A DNA stretch of 64,000 nt. It comes from Opitutales bacterium. Its GTDB lineage: Bacteria; Verrucomicrobiota; Verrucomicrobiia; Opitutales; UBA2987. Positions within the stretch are counted from its first letter, which is position 1, and each line of letters opens with the position of its first letter. Where the stretch lies: NCBI GenBank assembly GCA_965226885.1, contig CBDDEL010000011.1, forward strand, positions 64,001 through 128,000, read 5' to 3'. Positions 43,556 to 53,604 of this stretch are shown piece after piece. Below the pieces are notes generated by a model. The model had not been told where the DNA came from. It was given only the letters and a program-made list of their open reading frames with translations, and did not search any database. A program made the position numbers and the translations under genes.

Positions 43556-46207
43556 ATGCAAAGGTTTACCAGAATATTGGGTATCGGGTTTGCTCGGGTA
43601 GTTGCCGCAGCGCTTTTTTGCGGGCTTCTCTTGGCCGGCCCCACGATTGTGTCCCGCGGTCAGGAAATGCCCTTGGCCGATGGCGACTTGAAAGCCCGGC
43701 ATGAGGCGGAGGCTTCCCTGGCCTGGAAGCTGGGTGCGGCCCAGGATGCCCTCGAGGGCGGATTTGCCACTTTGGCGGTGAGCTTATACGGGGCGGTTCT
43801 GAACTCCCCACTGCTCGAAGCTGAGAAACGCCATGAGGTGGCGTTGCTGCTTGCTTCGGGCCTTGTCGCGGCGGCCCGTTTCGAGGAGGCGAGGGAGGCT
43901 CTCGATCTATTTGAAAACAAGGAGGACCCCCAATACCGGTTGCTGGACGCCATTATACTCTACCAATCGGGCCATGCCGAGGAGGCCGGGGAAGTTCTTG
44001 AGGGGCTTCCGGGGCTTCCTATTGAACAGGTAAATCCATCTCAACGGGCCTGGCATTTCATGATCAGGGGGTTGATCGCCTCCGGGCGGCAGGAATTCGA
44101 AAGTGCGGAAAGCTTTTTTCAATTGGCCCGGCAATCGAGCGTCGGGCGAGCCCAGCAGACCCATTTCGATGAAATACTTTTCCGCAATCGTCTTTTTTCG
44201 GGCCGGGCCAATGAGGAACTGGCGACCGATTTGCGGTCCAACCTGGAAGCCAATTTCGGCCGGCGGGAGGGTTTTGAATACGGCAAGGTGTATGCGGTGG
44301 TGCTGGACGAACTTGGGCGCAAGGATGATGCCGTGGACTTGCTGGAAGAACTCCTGCGATTCGAGGCGGTGCAGGAAGGCGACCTGGAAGACCAGATTCT
44401 GCTCCTCTTGGGACTCATCGCAGGGGAATCGACGGCCAAGGGTAAAAAGGCATTGGGGGCGTTATTGAGCAAGGGCGGCAATACCGAGTTACAGCGGGTG
44501 GGACTGCAATTGCTCTTGCGCCAGGCCCTGGACAGTTCGCAAACAGCCGATGTGCGAGCCCTCTTCAACGAGTTGATCGACCGTCCCATCAACCATGCCC
44601 TGCTGGATGAACTTTATTTTTTAAGGGCCTTTCTGGAATTATCTTCCAACCGCATGAATCAGGCCGAAGCGGACGCCAACCGCCTGCTCGAGCTTTTTCC
44701 CGGTTCCCGTTTGTCCAACAGCGCCCTGCGATTGCTTGCCTACACTTCCTGGCAGAGGGATCCACCCCATTATCGCATGGCCGCCAGTTATCTGAACCGC
44801 CTGCGGGCCGTTTTGCCGGATGGAGCGGAGAAGGCCCACCTCACCACTTTGATGGGCGATTGCTACTTTTTGAACGAGGACTACGAAAACGCTACCGACG
44901 CCTATGCAACGGCTTTGCTGGAGGCTCCCCGGAGCGATTCGCGCGGCACTCTGCATTTTCAGCGGATCCTCTCCGAGATCGGAGCCGGACGATTCGATGA
45001 GGCCATTGCCTATTTAAATGATGCGACGGTGGAAAAAGGCGTCGATCCACTCACCCGGTGGCGGGCCGAATGGAACCTGATCAGCAAAATGAAATCCGGT
45101 GGACAGGTTGAGAGGGCATTTGAGCGCGTCAGCAGTTTATTGGGAGAACAGGATGCGGCCCTTGTGCCGATGGATTTACGGCTCCGCTTAATGTGGCTGA
45201 ACGCCCAGCTTTCGCTTGAAGCGCGCCGCCTCAAAGAGACACCCGTTTTATGCGAACAGATAATCGCCGCCCTGAGCGAGCCGCAGAGCGCCACCATCGA
45301 GCCGAAATTACGGGACCAATTGGTCAGCCGCACGCTCTTGCTGCAAGGGCAGGCCTACTTTGCCCTGGGCCTGGCGGAGCAGGGATCGGATATTTTTGGA
45401 AAACTGGGGCGTGAATATGGCGGATCGGAACCGCACATACTTTCCTACATGACAGAAGCGCGCTATTATGCTTCGGTCAACCGCACGGTGGAGGCGCAGC
45501 AGAGGCTCATCGACCTGGCCGATGACGCCCCGGGAAGCGATTACGCGCCCATCGCCCTGTGGGAAGCCGCCCTCAATGCGGAACAAGGGGGCATCTCCTC
45601 CACCTATGAGGATGCCCTAGGCATCCTGGAGCGGCTGGTGCGGGTCTATCCGGAGCATGACCTCGTTTACTATGCGCGTTTGAAACAGGCCGATCTTTCC
45701 CGCCAGCTCAATGCTTTCGGGGACGCCCTCAATATCTACGAACTGCTCATCAATCAGCGCCCGGGACATCCTGAGAGGTACCGTGCGGAAATATCCAGGG
45801 CGGATTGCCTGCTTGCCCAAGGCAGCCGCAATACGGCCAACCTGGAGGAAGCGGCGGCCGTTCTTCAGCGCCTGGTCGATCTCTCCAATCTGCCGATTGA
45901 TCTTCGGGTGGAAGCGGGTTACAAATGGGGTTTTGCGGAAGAAAAAAAAGGCCGCAACGATACGGCCCAGGAAGTTTACTCCATGATTATGAACCGCTTT
46001 CTGCGGGATTCGGAAATGGTTGGCAGTCTTGGCGCGAGGGGCCGCTATTGGCAGGCCCGCCTCATTTTTCAATTGGGGGAAATTTTTGAAAAACAAAAAC
46101 AGTATGCACAAGCCCGTGAAATTTATACCTTGGTTTCCGCTTATGGATTGCCTGGACAATCGCTGGCCGCAGCAAAAATCGAAAGGTTTTCCCGGCCCCG
46201 GAATTGA
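43556..46207 (+). CDS. Large secreted TPR protein
   Basis: N-terminal signal-like segment, repeated TPR-like helical pairs. Confidence 0.8.
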   Translation: MQRFTRILGIGFARVVAAALFCGLLLAGPTIVSRGQEMPLADGDLKARHEAEASLAWKLGAAQDALEGGFATLAVSLYGAVLNSPLLEAEKRHEVALLLASGLVAAARFEEAREALDLFENKEDPQYRLLDAIILYQSGHAEEAGEVLEGLPGLPIEQVNPSQRAWHFMIRGLIASGRQEFESAESFFQLARQSSVGRAQQTHFDEILFRNRLFSGRANEELATDLRSNLEANFGRREGFEYGKVYAVVLDELGRKDDAVDLLEELLRFEAVQEGDLEDQILLLLGLIAGESTAKGKKALGALLSKGGNTELQRVGLQLLLRQALDSSQTADVRALFNELIDRPINHALLDELYFLRAFLELSSNRMNQAEADANRLLELFPGSRLSNSALRLLAYTSWQRDPPHYRMAASYLNRLRAVLPDGAEKAHLTTLMGDCYFLNEDYENATDAYATALLEAPRSDSRGTLHFQRILSEIGAGRFDEAIAYLNDATVEKGVDPLTRWRAEWNLISKMKSGGQVERAFERVSSLLGEQDAALVPMDLRLRLMWLNAQLSLEARRLKETPVLCEQIIAALSEPQSATIEPKLRDQLVSRTLLLQGQAYFALGLAEQGSDIFGKLGREYGGSEPHILSYMTEARYYASVNRTVEAQQRLIDLADDAPGSDYAPIALWEAALNAEQGGISSTYEDALGILERLVRVYPEHDLVYYARLKQADLSRQLNAFGDALNIYELLINQRPGHPERYRAEISRADCLLAQGSRNTANLEEAAAVLQRLVDLSNLPIDLRVEAGYKWGFAEEKKGRNDTAQEVYSMIMNRFLRDSEMVGSLGARGRYWQARLIFQLGEIFEKQKQYAQAREIYTLVSAYGLPGQSLAAAKIERFSRPRN

Positions 46208-46240
46208 TCCGGGTTCATCTTTTTAAAAACAATTGCCGCC

Positions 46241-46894
46241 ATGAATTTGTTCGACTTTACACTCATCGAAAAAGGGGGGCTTCTGATGTGGCCGCTGCTA
46301 TTCCTCAGCTTGGTGGGGATGATTTTATTTTTCGAACGCACCCTCTACCTGCACAAAGGACAGATTCGCACCGGCGTTTTTATCGCGGGGATCAAAAACC
46401 TTCTCATCAAACGCCGGCTGATTGAAGCCCTCACCCTCTGTGAAGAGACTCCCGGCCCGGTGGCCACCGTGACCAAGGCGGCCCTGCTGGAGTACGATCA
46501 GGACGAATTGCGCATACGCTCGGCCATCCAGGCGGCGGCCCTGGTGCAGATTCCATTGCTGGTGCAGCGCGTCGGCTCGATTGCGGCCATCGCCCGAATT
46601 GCGCCCTTGATCGGATTACTGGGGACGGTGATCGGGCTGCTGGAAGCCTTTTTTAAATTCGAGGAAACCGGTCCCTACGCTCATATCGGCATTCTGGCGG
46701 GCGGTTTCGGGGAAGCCCTCATTTCAACGGCCACCGGCCTGGCCATTGCCATCATCGCCTATGTGGGGCATCATTTTCTTCACGGGCGGGTGCGGGCCTT
46801 GGTGCATGACATGGAATGGGTGGGCAATGATATGATGCAATTTCTGCTCCGGGATCTACCGGAAGAGGATTCCGAACGGGAGCGGCCCGCCTAG
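46241..46894 (+). CDS. MotA/TolQ/ExbB proton channel
   Basis: APLIGLLGTVIG, GGFGEALISTATGL. Confidence 0.92.
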   Translation: MNLFDFTLIEKGGLLMWPLLFLSLVGMILFFERTLYLHKGQIRTGVFIAGIKNLLIKRRLIEALTLCEETPGPVATVTKAALLEYDQDELRIRSAIQAAALVQIPLLVQRVGSIAAIARIAPLIGLLGTVIGLLEAFFKFEETGPYAHIGILAGGFGEALISTATGLAIAIIAYVGHHFLHGRVRALVHDMEWVGNDMMQFLLRDLPEEDSERERPA

Positions 46895-46914
46895 GAAGCA
46901 GCCTGAATTCAGCT

Positions 46915-47382
46915 ATGATTACCAGTCCATTGGAGTTGAAACGGCAATTGCCGGAACCGGACAACCGGATCAACCTGGTTCCTTTTTTCGATCTTTGCGT
47001 CATCGGGCTGTTTTTTGCTCTTTACAGCTCGCGATTCGTATTTGCGCCGGGGGTTACGATCGACCTTTCCGAGGTCGATGTTTCGGCCCGCACCGGATTG
47101 CCCACACCGGCCGTGCTGACCGTGCGCGATAATAACATCCTCCTGTTCGAGGGAGAAATATTCCGTCTCGAAGCGCTCAACGAAAAACTGGCCCAATTCG
47201 TTATAGAGGAGAAAATCGAAGGAGCCGCCCTCCTGATAAAAGCCGATAAAAGTGTGGCCATGCAGGAAATCCTGCACATTTGCGATCTGGCTAGAAAAGC
47301 TGGTTTCGAGCAGGTCCACCTGGCTGCCGATGAAAGGCTCAAGAGGGAGGAGTTTCTCTCCTCCAAACCGGGGGTGGAATGA
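46915..47382 (+). CDS. ExbD/TolR family protein
   Basis: INLVPFFD TM motif, LLIKADK. Confidence 0.88.
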   Translation: MITSPLELKRQLPEPDNRINLVPFFDLCVIGLFFALYSSRFVFAPGVTIDLSEVDVSARTGLPTPAVLTVRDNNILLFEGEIFRLEALNEKLAQFVIEEKIEGAALLIKADKSVAMQEILHICDLARKAGFEQVHLAADERLKREEFLSSKPGVE

Positions 47383-47415
47383 TTGAAGGATTCAGGATGA
47401 AACCTGGCCGATAGT

Positions 47416-48177
47416 TTGAAGACGATGAAACCGGGAAAATGGATGGGCCGAAGCAAGTGGAAACTTAGTGGCTATTGGCAGATCGCGCTGGCGGCAGGAC
47501 TTTTTCTGCACCTGCTTGCCTTTGCTACTTTGAGGATTGTCACCCGCTCTTCGCCGGAGGTGACGTTTCCGGAACCTTTTATCAAATATCCGCAAGAATT
47601 GATCGAAACCGGTGGGGGCTTTGCCGATGTTTCCTATGGAGATTTGTTCGATCCCGCCCCGCTGTTTCTGCCCACCCTGTGGAATTTCGCTCCTGATTTC
47701 GGGAACCTGCATCTGGATCGTGAAGTCGAGCCTCTTTTTGAGCCATTCGAGCCCGTCATCAGCCTTTCCGCTCAGCCGCCGGCCATTCTGGCGGAGGAGA
47801 TCCGACCCGGCTACAATCTTCCACGCAACCTTCTCGAAAATGAGCGCAGCAACCATTTTTCGGTTTTTGGCCAACGCCGCCGAGCCATTGAGAAAGCGCC
47901 CCTACGGGCCGGATTCATGGAAGTGAAGAGGGCGGGACTGGAGAGTATGTCCATAGGTTCGGTTCTCCCGGATGGGCTGGCCGAAGTAACCCAGGATATG
48001 CTTTCATTGGTGTTTTTCCAGGTACTCATCGATAAAGCGGGACCCGTGGGCGAACCATTGATTATGAAAGGATCGGGATCGCCGCGGATCGATCTGGCAC
48101 TGAGAAATTACCTGGCCACTCCATTTTTGCTGTCCGGCCTGAAGCCTGGTTATTACACGGTCACTTTTGGGCCGTGA
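47416..48177 (+). CDS. Membrane-anchored protein with TonB C-terminal-like end
   Basis: Single N-terminal TM (LFLH), Pro-rich linker, GSGSPRIDLAL; operon context. Confidence 0.55.
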   Translation: MKTMKPGKWMGRSKWKLSGYWQIALAAGLFLHLLAFATLRIVTRSSPEVTFPEPFIKYPQELIETGGGFADVSYGDLFDPAPLFLPTLWNFAPDFGNLHLDREVEPLFEPFEPVISLSAQPPAILAEEIRPGYNLPRNLLENERSNHFSVFGQRRRAIEKAPLRAGFMEVKRAGLESMSIGSVLPDGLAEVTQDMLSLVFFQVLIDKAGPVGEPLIMKGSGSPRIDLALRNYLATPFLLSGLKPGYYTVTFGP

Positions 48178-48459
48178 AGGTGAAATCTTTCCGGGGCTTT
48201 TGAGCCATTCTTTCCAAAAAAAAGGAAAAAGGGGAAAAAAGACTTGCGCAGCGGAGGTTGGCCCCTATTTTCCGGGGCTCTTTTGTTCTTTTTCAACATG
48301 AGCTTTCGAGCTCGCCGATCTCTTGCGCGCAGATTGACAAGGGGAGAAATATTTTGCATATTATTGTTGACGGAATTTTCTCCTCTTATCAAATTGCTGG
48401 GTTTTAGTAATCCTTTCGCTGGCTTCGCTGGCTTCTTCTGCTATTGATGTTCATTTTAT

Positions 48460-48535
48460 GCCCTTGTAGCTCAGTTGGCAGAGCGCGTCCTTGGTAAGGA
48501 CGAGGTCGGCGGTTCAAATCCGCTCGAGGGCTCCA
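48460..48535 (+). tRNA. tRNA-Thr(GGT)
   Basis: Cloverleaf, anticodon loop TTGGTAA, CCA end. Confidence 0.97.
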
Positions 48536-48667
48536 TCTTCCGATATTCGAAACAATTTCATTTATTCACTTATAAATTAAAGGTATTAACTAGGTATGTA
48601 AGAGGTATGTAAGAAAATTTTCTTACACCCGATTTCTTGCGAAAAACCAATCTGACTTGAAAAATCC

Positions 48668-49858
48668 ATGGCTAAAGAAACATTTCAGAGAACTAAACCC
48701 CACGTAAACGTAGGCACCATTGGGCACGTTGACCACGGCAAAACCACCCTCACTTCGGCAATACTCAAAGTGCAGTCGGATAAAGGTTTGGCCGAGTTCA
48801 AGTCCTATGCGGACATCGCCAAAGGCGGCACAGTGCGCGACGCTTCCAAAATCGTCACCATCGCGGTGGCCCACGTGGAGTACGAAACGGAAAACCGGCA
48901 CTATGCCCATGTGGATTGCCCCGGCCATGCCGATTTCATTAAAAACATGATCACGGGAGCGGCCCAGATGGACGGCGCCGTGCTCGTTGTGAGCGCTGCC
49001 GACGGCCCCATGCCGCAAACCCGCGAGCACATCCTGCTGGCCCGCCAGGTCAATGTTCCCAATATAGTCGTTTACCTCAACAAGGTCGATTTGCTCGACG
49101 ATGAGGAATTGCTCGAACTGGTCGATATGGAAGTGCGCGACCTGCTTAATAAATACGAATTCGACGGCGACAATATCACCGTAATCCGCGGCTCCGCCCT
49201 GGCCGCGATGGAAGGGAAACCCGGCGGAGCGGAATCCATCCAGGAATTGATGGATGCCATCGACGCCGATATTCCGGAACCCATGCGGGAGGTGGACAAA
49301 CCCTTCCTCATGTCGGTCGAGGATGTATTTTCCATCACCGGGCGCGGCACGGTGGCCACCGGCAGAATTGAGCGCGGGGTGGTCAAAGTGGGTGAGGCGG
49401 TGGAAATCGTCGGTTTGCGCGATACCCAGAAGACTATCTGCACGGGGGTGGAAATGTTCCGCAAAATCCTCGAAGAGGGACGGGCGGGGGACAATGTCGG
49501 GATCCTCATGCGGGGTATTCAGAAGGACCAGGTGGAGCGTGGGCATGTCATCGCCAAACCGGGTTCGATAACGCCGCACACCAAGGCGAAGGCCGAAGTC
49601 TATGTCTTGAGCAAGGATGAGGGCGGCCGCCACACACCTTTCTTTAATGGTTATAGACCACAATTTTATTTCCGCACGACCGATGTGACAGGTGTTGTCA
49701 ATCTGCCGGATGGGGTGGAAATGGTGATGCCGGGCGACAACCTTGGCGTAAATCTGGAGTTGGGCAAGCCCATCGCCATGGAAAGCGGGCAGCGTTTTGC
49801 CATACGTGAAGGGGGCCGTACCATCGGCGCCGGTCGCGTGACCGAGATTATCGAGTAG
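48668..49858 (+). CDS. tuf: Elongation factor Tu
   Basis: [18 protein letters not shown]. Confidence 0.99.
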   Translation: MAKETFQRTKPHVNVGTIGHVDHGKTTLTSAILKVQSDKGLAEFKSYADIAKGGTVRDASKIVTIAVAHVEYETENRHYAHVDCPGHADFIKNMITGAAQMDGAVLVVSAADGPMPQTREHILLARQVNVPNIVVYLNKVDLLDDEELLELVDMEVRDLLNKYEFDGDNITVIRGSALAAMEGKPGGAESIQELMDAIDADIPEPMREVDKPFLMSVEDVFSITGRGTVATGRIERGVVKVGEAVEIVGLRDTQKTICTGVEMFRKILEEGRAGDNVGILMRGIQKDQVERGHVIAKPGSITPHTKAKAEVYVLSKDEGGRHTPFFNGYRPQFYFRTTDVTGVVNLPDGVEMVMPGDNLGVNLELGKPIAMESGQRFAIREGGRTIGAGRVTEIIE

Positions 49859-49993
49859 TAATTGCGTAAACATTCGAGTTAAGCCGGAAATTCTTTTTTT
49901 CTAAAGGACCGGCCCATCTCTTTTTTCATCCTTAATCTGAATAGGGGGACAAGTAAACTTCATATTTTAGGCGCTAAATCCCGCCGCCACTGC

Positions 49994-50069
49994 AGGGCAG
50001 TAGCTCAATCGGGAGAGCATCGGTCTCCAAAACCGAGGGTTGGGGGTTCGAGTCCCTCCTGCCCTGCCA
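49994..50069 (+). tRNA. tRNA-Trp(CCA)
   Basis: Cloverleaf, anticodon loop CTCCAAA, CCA end. Confidence 0.96.
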
Positions 50070-50166
50070 GGGACCCGACAGATTATTAATTAATTTTTAT
50101 TTAGAAAACTTGTTTCAGCAGTAAAACCATCCATCCACAAGCAGGCAGTCAATTGCCCATTCCACC

Positions 50167-50379
50167 ATGGCCAATCCATTTCGAAAAATCCGCATCTTCG
50201 CCGGTGAAACGGTCACGGAGCTTAAAAAAGCTTCCTGGCCCACCTTGCCCGAACTGCGCTCTTCGACCCTGGTCGTCCTCGTGGCGATTTTGCTTCTGGG
50301 CGGCTTCATCACACTTTCAGACTTCTCCGTTTACAATTTGGTAACCCTTTTGACTAAGCTTGTTCGGCCCGGCAGTTAG
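50167..50379 (+). CDS. secE: Preprotein translocase subunit SecE
   Basis: ELKKASWP motif plus TM; synteny. Confidence 0.95.
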   Translation: MANPFRKIRIFAGETVTELKKASWPTLPELRSSTLVVLVAILLLGGFITLSDFSVYNLVTLLTKLVRPGS

Positions 50380-50442
50380 CTGATAATATAATAACTCTAG
50401 CAAACTTCCACCCTGGCTGCGGCAAGGGTCGGATCCTGCAAA

Positions 50443-51027
50443 ATGTCCCAGGAAAAAGTATCTTCCATTTCAAGTTCCCGCTGGTATGCGGTGCAGACCC
50501 TCTCCAATAAGGAGGGCATCGTTAAGCGCTACCTCGACAAATACTTGTCGAGCGAGGAGATGGACGAGTACATCGAGGAAGTCCTCATGCCGACCGAGAC
50601 GGTGACGGAAGTTAAAAACGGAAAGAAATACCAAAAAGTCCGCAAATTCTATCCCGGCTACATTTTCATACACATGCGCCTTTACCATGATGATGGCAAA
50701 ATCATCGAGAGGCCCTGGTATTACGTCAAAGACGCCGATGGAGTGATCGGGTTTTTAGGCGGCAACCAGCCTATGCCGCTCAAGGAGTCGGAGATAGACA
50801 GCATCCTCTCCCAGGTGCAGGAATCCGAAGGCAAAGAAGTGCCCAAAGTCCAGTATGAAGTGGGGGAGGAAGTAAAAATTACCACTGGACCTTTTCTCAA
50901 CCTGACTGGAATTATCGAAGAAATCGATCCGGAGCGCGGCAAACTCAAGGTCTCGGTATCCATTTTCGGTCGTTTTACCCCGGTCGTTCTGGAATACTGG
51001 GAAGTGGAAAGAGCGGAAGAGAGTTAA
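50443..51027 (+). CDS. nusG: Transcription factor NusG
   Basis: KFYPGYIF, GPF KOW motif, SIFGRFTPV. Confidence 0.97.
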   Translation: MSQEKVSSISSSRWYAVQTLSNKEGIVKRYLDKYLSSEEMDEYIEEVLMPTETVTEVKNGKKYQKVRKFYPGYIFIHMRLYHDDGKIIERPWYYVKDADGVIGFLGGNQPMPLKESEIDSILSQVQESEGKEVPKVQYEVGEEVKITTGPFLNLTGIIEEIDPERGKLKVSVSIFGRFTPVVLEYWEVERAEES

Positions 51028-51096
51028 TCGGACAGAACCATTTTTAACATTGATTTTTGATAAAGAATTTAAACTTGAACCCATTTTGACTTTGGC

Positions 51097-51525
51097 ATGG
51101 CAAAAAAGAAAATAACCGGAATCATCCGTCTGCAACTGGCCGCCGGCGCAGCCAACCCAGCCCCGCCGGTGGGTCCGGCCCTTGGAGCGCACGGAGTCAA
51201 CATCATGGGGTTTTGCAAGGAATTCAATGCCCGCACCAAGGACCAGGCCGGAATGATCCTCCCCGTGGTTATATCCGTTTTCCACGACCGCACCTTTTCA
51301 TTCATTCTCAAATCGCCCCCGGCAGCCGTATTGCTCAAGAAAGCGGCCGGTATCGCCAAAGGTTCCGGTGTGCCCAACCGCGAGAAAGTGGGCACAGTCA
51401 CCCGCAAACAGTGTGCCGAGATTGCCAAACTTAAAAAGAAAGACCTCAACAGCAACAGTGAGGAAGCCGCCATTCTCATCATCGCCGGGACTGCCCGGAG
51501 CATGGGGATCGATGTGATCAACTAA
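51097..51525 (+). CDS. rplK: 50S ribosomal protein L11
   Basis: [19 protein letters not shown]. Confidence 0.98.
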   Translation: MAKKKITGIIRLQLAAGAANPAPPVGPALGAHGVNIMGFCKEFNARTKDQAGMILPVVISVFHDRTFSFILKSPPAAVLLKKAAGIAKGSGVPNREKVGTVTRKQCAEIAKLKKKDLNSNSEEAAILIIAGTARSMGIDVIN

Positions 51526-51574
51526 AACCATTTCCGGGAAATATCCGAAAACCTTTACTTAATTATCCGCCGCC

Positions 51575-52270
51575 ATGATCAAACAATCGAAGCGATACCG
51601 CTCCGCCCATGAGGTAACCGATTTGACCCAGGAATATTCGCTCGATGAAGCCCTCAACCTTCTCGCTCAGATGGCCTCCTCCAAATTCGATGAGTCGGTG
51701 GAGCTTTCCGTGATTCTTGGGGTGGACCCGCGTCAAAGCAACCAGATGGTCCGCGGGGTCGTCAACCTGCCTAGCGGAAGCGGCAAAAAGGTTAATCTGG
51801 TGGTATTTACCGATAAACCGGATGAGGCCCTGGCCGCTGGAGCGGATGATGCCGGCATGGAGGAGCTGATCAAAAAGGTTCAGGGCGGTTGGGTGGATTT
51901 CGATGTCGCCGTGGCCACCCCGGCAGCCATGAAAGAGGTTCGTAAAGTGGCGCGAATCCTGGGTCCCCGGGGGCTCATGCCCAATCCGAAAACCGGCACC
52001 GTGACCGATGACATCGCATCCGCCATCAAGGACATCAAGCTGGGCGGGCGGGTATCCTACAAGATGGACCGCTCAGCCAACATCGGATTGCTGGTCGGTA
52101 AAAGATCATTTACGACCGAACAACTGGCTGAAAACATCAAAGCGGTCGTTGAAAACATCGGGCAGGCGCGCCCCGATGACATCAAAGGACGTTACATCAA
52201 AAAAATGACCGTTTCCTCGACCATGAGCCCCGGCATCAAACTGGAAGGCTCTCTTTACTCCAATTATTAA
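51575..52270 (+). CDS. rplA: 50S ribosomal protein L1
   Basis: KFDESVE, LGPRGLMPNPKTGTV. Confidence 0.98.
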   Translation: MIKQSKRYRSAHEVTDLTQEYSLDEALNLLAQMASSKFDESVELSVILGVDPRQSNQMVRGVVNLPSGSGKKVNLVVFTDKPDEALAAGADDAGMEELIKKVQGGWVDFDVAVATPAAMKEVRKVARILGPRGLMPNPKTGTVTDDIASAIKDIKLGGRVSYKMDRSANIGLLVGKRSFTTEQLAENIKAVVENIGQARPDDIKGRYIKKMTVSSTMSPGIKLEGSLYSNY

Positions 52271-52334
52271 TATTATTTTTAAAAAATAAAATAATTAAAG
52301 AAACCAACCGAATTTTTATTCATCCACCCCTACC

Positions 52335-52865
52335 ATGAGAGCCGAAAAAAAATACCTCGTCGATGAGATCGGAGAGCACCTGGACAAATCCGGCTATGTC
52401 TTTCTGGCCGACTATAATTACATTACGGTGGCCGAAACGGCGGAATTGCGAAGCGCCTTGTCCGAGCACGATGCGGAGTTTCATGTGATCAAAAACAATA
52501 TGTTCCGGGTGGTCGCCAAGGAGCGGGAACTCCCCGCTATGGACGAGCATCTGGTCGGGCCCACGGCCATAATCATGGGAGGTGAAAACGCTCCCGGAGT
52601 GGCCAAAGCGCTGGGTAAATTTTTCAAGGATAAGAAGAAGTTAGTGGTAAAATGCGGTTTGCTGGACAATAAGCTGCTGCTGACTGAGGATATCAGCCAA
52701 TTGGCCAAGCTTCCCCCCTTGGTCGTCATCCGGGCCCAGTTTCTTGGCCTGCTCAACACCCCCGCACGGCAGATCGCAACGGTCATTCAAGCCATTCCGC
52801 AGGGAATTCTCAATGTCCTCAAGGCGCGTTCCGATCAACTGGCCGAAACCGCAGCCGCCTCGTGA
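52335..52865 (+). CDS. rplJ: 50S ribosomal protein L10
   Basis: VIKNN, LVGPTA, LAKLP; synteny. Confidence 0.96.
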   Translation: MRAEKKYLVDEIGEHLDKSGYVFLADYNYITVAETAELRSALSEHDAEFHVIKNNMFRVVAKERELPAMDEHLVGPTAIIMGGENAPGVAKALGKFFKDKKKLVVKCGLLDNKLLLTEDISQLAKLPPLVVIRAQFLGLLNTPARQIATVIQAIPQGILNVLKARSDQLAETAAAS

Positions 52866-52925
52866 TTTTTGTTTTAATTTAAACCAACCATCAATCAATC
52901 AATCAACCAACCAACCAACTAAAAA

Positions 52926-52997
52926 AACCGGCTAGGGGAGTCGTTCCCTTAAATGCCGCATTCACACTCACAGAATGGCGCTAACCGGTTAAGGAGG
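52926..52997 (+). promoter_or_regulatory. Candidate structured cis-element plus SD upstream of rplL
   Basis: AACCGGCTAG/CTAACCGGTT stem enclosing two hairpins, followed by AAGGAGG. Confidence 0.5.
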
Positions 52998-53002
52998 TAG
53001 TA

Positions 53003-53389
53003 ATGTCCGATATCACTAAAGAACAAGTCATCGAATGGCTGAGCAACCAGAGCGTCCTCGAAGCGGCTGCCCTGGTTAAAGACCTGGAAGAAAAATGGGG
53101 GGTCAGCGCGGCTGCACCCGTAGCCGCCATGGCGGCCGCTCCGGGTGGGGGTGAAGATGCTCCCGCAGCCGAGGAGCAAACCGAATTCGATGTTATCCTG
53201 AAAAACTACGGAGGCAATAAAATTGCCGCCATTAAAGAGGTTCGCGCCATCACCGGGCTCGGTTTACGCGAAGCCAAAGATTTGGTCGAAAGCGCTCCCA
53301 AGGCGGTTAAAGAAGCCATCACCAAAGAGGAGGCCGAAGAAATCAAAGGAAAGCTTGAGGGTGCTGGGGCCGAAGTTGAGGTAAAATAA
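53003..53389 (+). CDS. rplL: 50S ribosomal protein L7/L12
   Basis: [23 protein letters not shown]. Confidence 0.98.
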   Translation: MSDITKEQVIEWLSNQSVLEAAALVKDLEEKWGVSAAAPVAAMAAAPGGGEDAPAAEEQTEFDVILKNYGGNKIAAIKEVRAITGLGLREAKDLVESAPKAVKEAITKEEAEEIKGKLEGAGAEVEVK

Positions 53390-53433
53390 TCATTGTTTCC
53401 TTAAATCTTTGCTATTCATTGCAATTCCAGACC

Positions 53434-53475
53434 CAGCCGGAGGCAATCACCGATACGGTGTTTGCCTACGGTTGC
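53434..53475 (+). promoter_or_regulatory. Stem-loop in rplL-rpoB spacer (attenuator/processing candidate)
   Basis: CAGCCGGAGGCAATCACCG-ATA-CGGTGTTTGCCTACGGTTG. Confidence 0.45.
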
Positions 53476-53604
53476 ACCCTGTACGAGTTTCGCTCGAGCC
53501 GGGCCCGCCATTCGCTGGCGGCCGACCGCATGTTTTGCGGCTGATAAAAAGCTGATCCATTAATTCGTTATTTATTCGCAATCCCAATCCTACAAAAAAA
53601 GAAG

